From NCBI GenBank assembly GCA_054661495.1, contig BAAFSQ010000242.1, positions 1 through 15,046 on the forward strand: a stretch of DNA of 15,046 nt, given 5' to 3'. The stretch is from Zygophlyctis sp. KS116 (lineage: Eukaryota; Fungi; Chytridiomycota). Position 1 is the first letter of the stretch; every line of letters starts with the position of its first letter. Made by a program: the position numbers and the translations under genes. This document shows, in pieces, positions 10,247 through 15,046 of this stretch. Under the pieces are notes generated by a model. That model had not been told where the DNA came from and searched no databases. It saw only the letters and a list, made by a program, of their open reading frames with translations.

Positions 10247-11982
10247 ATGGTTAGCAGCAATCAGCCAAAAGGGTTTCAGAGAAACCTATAAAACAGACTT
10301 ATGGAAAAGATACTAAATGATCCAGTTCATGGTCATATTTCTCTAGACATGATTTCGCTTCAGATTATAGATACCAGGCAATTCCAGAGGCTTCGGTTTC
10401 TAAAGCAATTGGGATCTGCGTATTATGTTTTTCCTGGCGCTTCTCATAATAGATTTGAACATTCTATTGGAGTTTGTCATTTAGCATTGGAAATGGTAGA
10501 GTCAATAAGATCTAAACAACCGGAATTAAATATATCAGACTCGGATGTAAAATGTGTAAAATTAGCTGCTCTATGTCATGATTTGGGTCATGGTCCGTTC
10601 TCTCATATTTTTGATAATGAATTCATGCCAAAAATTTGTCCGGATGAGTATTTTACTCATGAAAAGGCTTCAGAAGATATGTTGGATCAAATTGTGCTAG
10701 AAAATGAACTGGGTTTAGAACAGGTGGAATTAACATTTATAAAGGATTTGATTCATGGTATGTCTTGAAAATTTTATAAAAATTAGGAGAACCAAGATCA
10801 CAGTATCCACAGTCTTCAAAGCGTTATCTCTTTGAAATTGTTGCAAATAAGAGAAACTCTCTAGATGTAGATAAATTTGATTATATAATGCGGGATTGTC
10901 AAAATATTGGGATAAAGTGCTCTGTAGATTCAAAAAGATTGATAAATTGTGCAAGAGTGATTGATAATCAAGTAAGTTTTTATTCTTTCAAGTTTTAGAT
11001 TTGTTATAATCAAAAAGAAGCGTATAATTTGTATGAAGTTTTTCATGTTCGATATTCTTTATTTAAAAGAGTTTATACTCATAAAGTTGGAAAAGCTGTA
11101 GAGTATATGATTACAGATGCTTTAGTTGCTGCAGATTCGGTTCTTGAAATCTCATCTGCTGTAAAAGATATGAATAAATATTTGTATTTGGATGATACAG
11201 TATTGAATGAAATAGAAAAAAGTAAAGGTAGGAATGTTATACTAAGGATTAGATCCTAGATTGGAAAAATCTCAAAACATTCTTTCGAGACTTCGGAGAA
11301 GAGATTTGTATCGGTATCTACTTTCTAAAACTAACATGTTTATAGCTGTGTTGATCAAATTCATATTCCTCCCGATTTACACGATTCGATATCTCCTCTA
11401 GAAATTACGGCAGAAATGATACTGCAACATGATGAAGGTTATGAATCAAGTTTATCAAAGGAAGATGTGATTGTGGAATGGTTAACTCTAAATTTTGCAA
11501 TGAAGGATCGTAATCCAATGGATTTTATAAGGTTCTTCACAAAATATGATCCAAATACGTCAATTTTTATCCCAAAGGAACACATCTCTTCTTTTATTCC
11601 AAATCATTTTAAAGAAATTATCATTCGGGTATTTGTAAGAGAAGCAGAATTATCACAAAGAGTACAAATGGCTTTTCGGAGGCTGTTGAAGACAATTAAT
11701 TCAACGCTTTTGGCATATTATTCACCGGAAATGTCTGCGATGGAACCACCATCCTCTCTACTGGATGGTAAAATTGACTCAAGTCCAAGCAGAAATGGAG
11801 TTAAATCTAGCCAAAATCCTTTTAATGTGGAATCTAAAAAGTTCTCATCGCCAGCTCCAAGTCGCTCTAGTAGATCTGGATTCCCTTCACCTCAGAAACT
11901 AGAACCATCTGCTGGATTAACTCTTCCAAAGAATTTCCCAGATTTCTTATTGGACTCTCCTTCAAAAAAGAGAAAGCGTTAA
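10247..11982 (+). CDS. SAMHD1: SAMHD1-like HD-domain dNTP triphosphohydrolase (no SAM domain); introns 10273-10296 (tentative), 10758-10786, 10972-10998, 11228-11252, 11314-11345
   Basis: NDPVHGHI, IIDTRQFQRLRFLKQLG, HNRFEHSIGV, LCHDLGHGPFSH (HD), spliced-in DVDKFDYIMRD, RVYTHK and RRRDLYR. Start is ATG 10247 (needs the 24-nt intron) or ATG 10301. Confidence 0.93.
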
Positions 11983-12067
11983 ATTCTATAATTGAAAATA
12001 TATATGTGATTTAGAATAAGTATGCTTCTCATTGCAGTTAAGAATTGTCCGAAAATAAATTTGGACA

Positions 12068-13863
12068 ATGCCCAGGTCTACAACAATTCCTTCTAATAAT
12101 ACTTTCAGCCAAAACTATGTGGCTTTATGCCAAGTCCATTCACTTCATATATCTTCGGAAGTTGTAACACCACAGCTTGACTCAGACTCACTTCTACATA
12201 TTGATTTGACGCGAATTAAAAGGTTTGACTTTTCGGACACTGAATTGTAGAGATGATGATTGGGTTCCTGTGATCAAGACTCTGAGAAGAGATGCATCGC
12301 TTCACGGAATCTGTTTTTTTTCCAATCAGGGTATTTGCTTAGAAAAGCTAATCGTAAGATATAAAAGATTTAGAATCCGATCAAAAACCACAAAAGCCTA
12401 TCCAAAAGATATTCATTCCATTGATGGGGAGTCTACGGGAATCACTATCTATTAATCGTACAATAACAAAACTGCATATCAACGGTATATATCTTGGCAA
12501 TCGCGCAGTTAAATTGATTTCTGTTGTAATATACCTATTTTTAATCATAGGGATTAGCTCATAACAATTCAATTAGGGATCTTAGTTTTGCTAGGAGTGG
12601 TATGGGAGAATCTGGACTCTGGATTTTATCATCAGCGTTAAAATCAAAGTTGCAATCCCTAAGAGTTTTAAACTTGTCCGATTGTAGCATTACTGCCAAA
12701 GGAGCGTTTATTTTGGCAAATATATTAAAGGTAGAAATTCAAAACTTATAGAAAGAGTCAATTTGTTAAACGGCAATCCATAAAATGGGAACAAAGTCTA
12801 AGGGGAAATGCTCCAAATTCTAATGATGATTTTACACCTCTACAAAGAATAACATTAAATAGTAATTTGATAAGAGATGAAGGGATTGATATTCTTATGG
12901 ATTTATTATCAGAAGAAGTTGGATTAATCGCACTAGATTTACAAGATAATGGCATAACTCTTTCTGGAGCAAATATTGCCCTTTCAATACTACAACTCAA
13001 CAAGGAGATTCAAATTTTAGATTTAAGAAATAATCCCTTTGGTAATTTATAAAAAATTAAAGATAGGTATCAACATATTAAACGATATTAACAGCCTTCT
13101 TTTCCGAAACAGATCTCACTGTAAAGAACAATCTCAAGCTCAAGATATACCATTTAAAGAATGGATTTGGCATGATGGAGCACCTCTTGATCATACATTT
13201 TACAAACCCAAGGCTAGTCTTCGAGTCCGTGTAAATACAGTTTCTACAACTGCTAGACGTAAAGTAGCTCCAGTCACTATACCTTTGACTGCTGCGATGC
13301 CTAGAATTACCAGAAAAGAGACAAAAAAAAGACCCAAATCAGCAATTGTTAAATCAAATTCCTTTATTCTTCCCTTCAAGGATCAGAGCCTCAAGATACA
13401 GCCTAGTAGACCCTGCCATATCCTAAAAGTCTATGATAATGAACCAAAGTTACAAAATGACAGCCTAAAGTCTTTGAAACTAGAAAACATGAAACTCAAA
13501 CAGCGCCTTTTAGATCTAGAGTCTGGAATTGTAAAAGTTTCTCATGTCTTGACTGATCAAGATAAATTACCCAATCTCCCCGCCCGACCTGATCAAGAAT
13601 TCATAAATAGTGAAAATGTTGGATCTAGTGTACACGGGAATGAAGAAGCGGATGCGAAAAAGGATGCAGGAAAAGAAATCAATAGTAAACATGAGCCTAG
13701 TGTCTCTAGAAAACATAAAAAATCTAGAAAGAAATCTGTAGAAAAAGAAAATCTCAAAAATCTATTAATTACAGTAGAAGCATCGCTAGCAAATTTAACA
13801 ATCGTTCTAGACAAGATACAAACCAGAAAAAAGCTCAAAAATCTTCATGAAAAAGAAAGATAA
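12068..13863 (+). CDS. CEP78: Centrosomal protein CEP78-like leucine-rich-repeat protein; introns 12223-12250, 12331-12358, 12526-12550, 12731-12755, 13042-13066
   Basis: N-terminus FSQNYVALC...IDLTRIKRDDDWVPVIKTLR resembles CEP78 (FFSHYEYLC...DWAPLLSTLK). RNI-like LRRs (LRVLNLSDCSIT, LIALDLQDNGIT, IQILDLRNNP), the CEP78-typical insert KSQFVKRQSIKWEQSLRG, and C-terminal coiled coils. Five 25-28 nt introns restore one frame. Confidence 0.82.
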
Positions 13864-14142
13864 GTAAATTAAATAATGAATTATGAGCATTATGAGCCAT
13901 GCCCTGACAGTATGAAATGCACGACAATTCCCATTTTGACCTGTGTACTTGCTCTTAAGATCAGTCTATCTAAAGACAAATCTCAAAGAAAACTCTAAAA
14001 AACGTGAGAATCAAGCAATATCTTATCAATCTTGTAGATTTTTTCATTGAACATGTTTTGGAACTCAAGAAACAATAATTTCTGAATGGTACAAAGTGAA
14101 TTGTATTGTTATTTACAAGTAGGCTGAGTAAAGTGACGATTT

Positions 14143-14183
14143 AAGGGGACCGCATCATCATTTATTATGGACAGGTCCCCCTT
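14143..14183. repeat. GC-rich inverted repeat (hairpin) spanning the stop codon of the Cys-rich gene
   Basis: GGGGACC (14145-14151) and GGTCCCC (14174-14180) are perfect reverse complements, extendable by AA/TT with a one-base bulge. Confidence 0.7.
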
Positions 14184-14487
14184 CAATAGAAAAACACTTA
14201 CGTTGACTGCAAATCATATCAGAAACGCACTCATCATCCACATGACAAGGTTTGCCTTCATAAACAGAATCTTTTTTATAACACTTTTTTGGGCTACCAC
14301 CACAGGTTTTGGAAACACATTCATCATTGTTGCTACATTGTGCGCCAAGTATTTTCTTGCATGTGCCCTTATCACACTTCAATCCTGAGTTACATTTTTT
14401 ATTAGTTCCACATGCTTTACCCACTGCTTGTCCACTAACAACATTAACCAATGCAATAATTCCAACAGTCAAAAGAGTAAGTTTCAT
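14158..14487 (-). CDS. Small secreted cysteine-rich protein (109 aa, 12 Cys in three 4-Cys repeats)
   Basis: Signal-peptide-like MKLTLLTVGIIALVNVVSG; three units of G-x2-C-x5-C-x-S-x(2-3)-C-x(4-6)-C; A-rich start context; no intron. Confidence 0.85.
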   Translation of the reverse strand: MKLTLLTVGIIALVNVVSGQAVGKACGTNKKCNSGLKCDKGTCKKILGAQCSNNDECVSKTCGGSPKKCYKKDSVYEGKPCHVDDECVSDMICSQRKCFSIEGGPVHNK

Positions 14488-14630
14488 TTTTTTTTGTAAA
14501 AGATCTATAAATAGAACTACGACGCTTATTCAACTGCGGCATGTGCGCCAACCAGTTCATAGATTAGAGCTTTGTCGTTGAAAAAAAGTTTAATACTGAC
14601 TAGCTGACTAGAATTAAGAAACAATAAAAT

Positions 14631-14969
14631 TCAAGACTTTTTTTTAGAGAGATAAACCTTTTTATCACTTTCTACAGGATGCTGTATTGGTATTATAGAT
14701 CTCTTATTTTGATTTTTAGCAATTTTAGAGAATATTTTCCTCTTTTCAGCCTTTAACAAGAGTAATTTATCCAACAATTCTTCCTTTGAAACCTTTTTCT
14801 TTCTAATTTTTTCATTCTTGAAATTCCTTAAAAAAGAGATAATCTCTTGTAAATTTAACTTTTTTTCTTGAATTTCTTTTAAAAAAACATCTCTATAATG
14901 ACCTCCTTCTAGATATCCTGTAACAATTCTAGAAGAAATATTTTCAGTAGATTCATACAAGAGTCTCAT
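14631..14969 (-). CDS. Hypothetical Lys-rich protein, 112 aa (possibly the last exon of a longer gene)
   Basis: ATG-started open frame of very low GC. An in-frame TAG 15 nt upstream could be a splice acceptor. No motif recognised. Confidence 0.4.
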   Translation of the reverse strand: MRLLYESTENISSRIVTGYLEGGHYRDVFLKEIQEKKLNLQEIISFLRNFKNEKIRKKKVSKEELLDKLLLLKAEKRKIFSKIAKNQNKRSIIPIQHPVESDKKVYLSKKKS

Positions 14970-15011
14970 TTCTTGTAAGTTTTTCTAGTTTTCAAGTTTT
15001 TCAGAAAAATC

Positions 15012-15046
15012 TAGGTTTTACATTTTAGCAGTAGGTTTTACATTTT
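15012..15046. repeat. Direct repeat TAGGTTTTACATTTT x2, 20-bp period, truncated by the window end
   Basis: Identical 15-mers at 15012-15026 and 15032-15046. Confidence 0.75.

Noticed and set aside
336-13066. Alternative genetic code (TAA/TAG = Gln) as the explanation for in-frame stops
   Set aside because: Genes end in TAA, TAG and TGA at expected positions, long exons have no internal stops, conserved Gln residues use CAA/CAG, and most breaks also change frame.
399-13863. Fragmented ORFs read as pseudogenes or programmed frameshifts
   Set aside because: Every break is repaired by a GT-AG micro-intron that restores conserved motifs.
13864-14142. Possible ncRNA or gene remnant in the longest intergenic gap, including ATTATGAGC x2 at 13880-13897
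   Set aside because: No tRNA, snRNA or snoRNA hallmarks that I can support and no convincing reading frame; the short repeat is compatible with slippage.
14155-14160. Selenocysteine decoding of TGA-TGA in the Cys-rich gene
   Set aside because: The TGAs align with Asp/Glu rather than Cys positions of the repeat, the hairpin overlaps the stop instead of lying in the 3' UTR, and no canonical SECIS core is evident.
15012-15046. Telomere or CRISPR interpretation of the terminal repeat
   Set aside because: Only two copies, with a 5-bp spacer, not a TTAGGG-type array, in a eukaryotic context with no cas genes.

Overview
AT-rich (roughly 30% GC by eye), very gene-dense eukaryotic DNA, most likely a zoosporic fungus (chytrid or close relative). 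That call is inferred from a fungal-type Sec7 ARF-GEF together with a centriolar CEP78 homologue. The fragmented ORF track is explained by about 20 ultrashort GT-AG introns (25-32 nt), which I spliced by hand to restore continuous frames. Genes in order: partial unknown gene (-), ALKBH8-like RRM+AlkB dioxygenase (+), membrane-anchored alpha/beta hydrolase (-), orphan 124-aa protein (-), renalase-like FAD oxidoreductase (-), FabG/OAR1-like SDR (+), Sec7/BIG ARF-GEF (-), SAMHD1-like HD dNTPase (+), CEP78-like LRR protein (+), small secreted 12-Cys protein (-), Lys-rich unknown ORF (-). No RNA genes, CRISPR arrays or recognisable transposons were seen. The most notable points are the micro-intron architecture, overlapping convergent coding sequences, a GC-rich hairpin and decayed fourth repeat over the stop of the Cys-rich gene, a recurring TTGTCCGA promoter motif, and a CDK-site/NLS tail on the SAMHD1 homologue. 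No database searches were run; family calls rest on recognised motifs.
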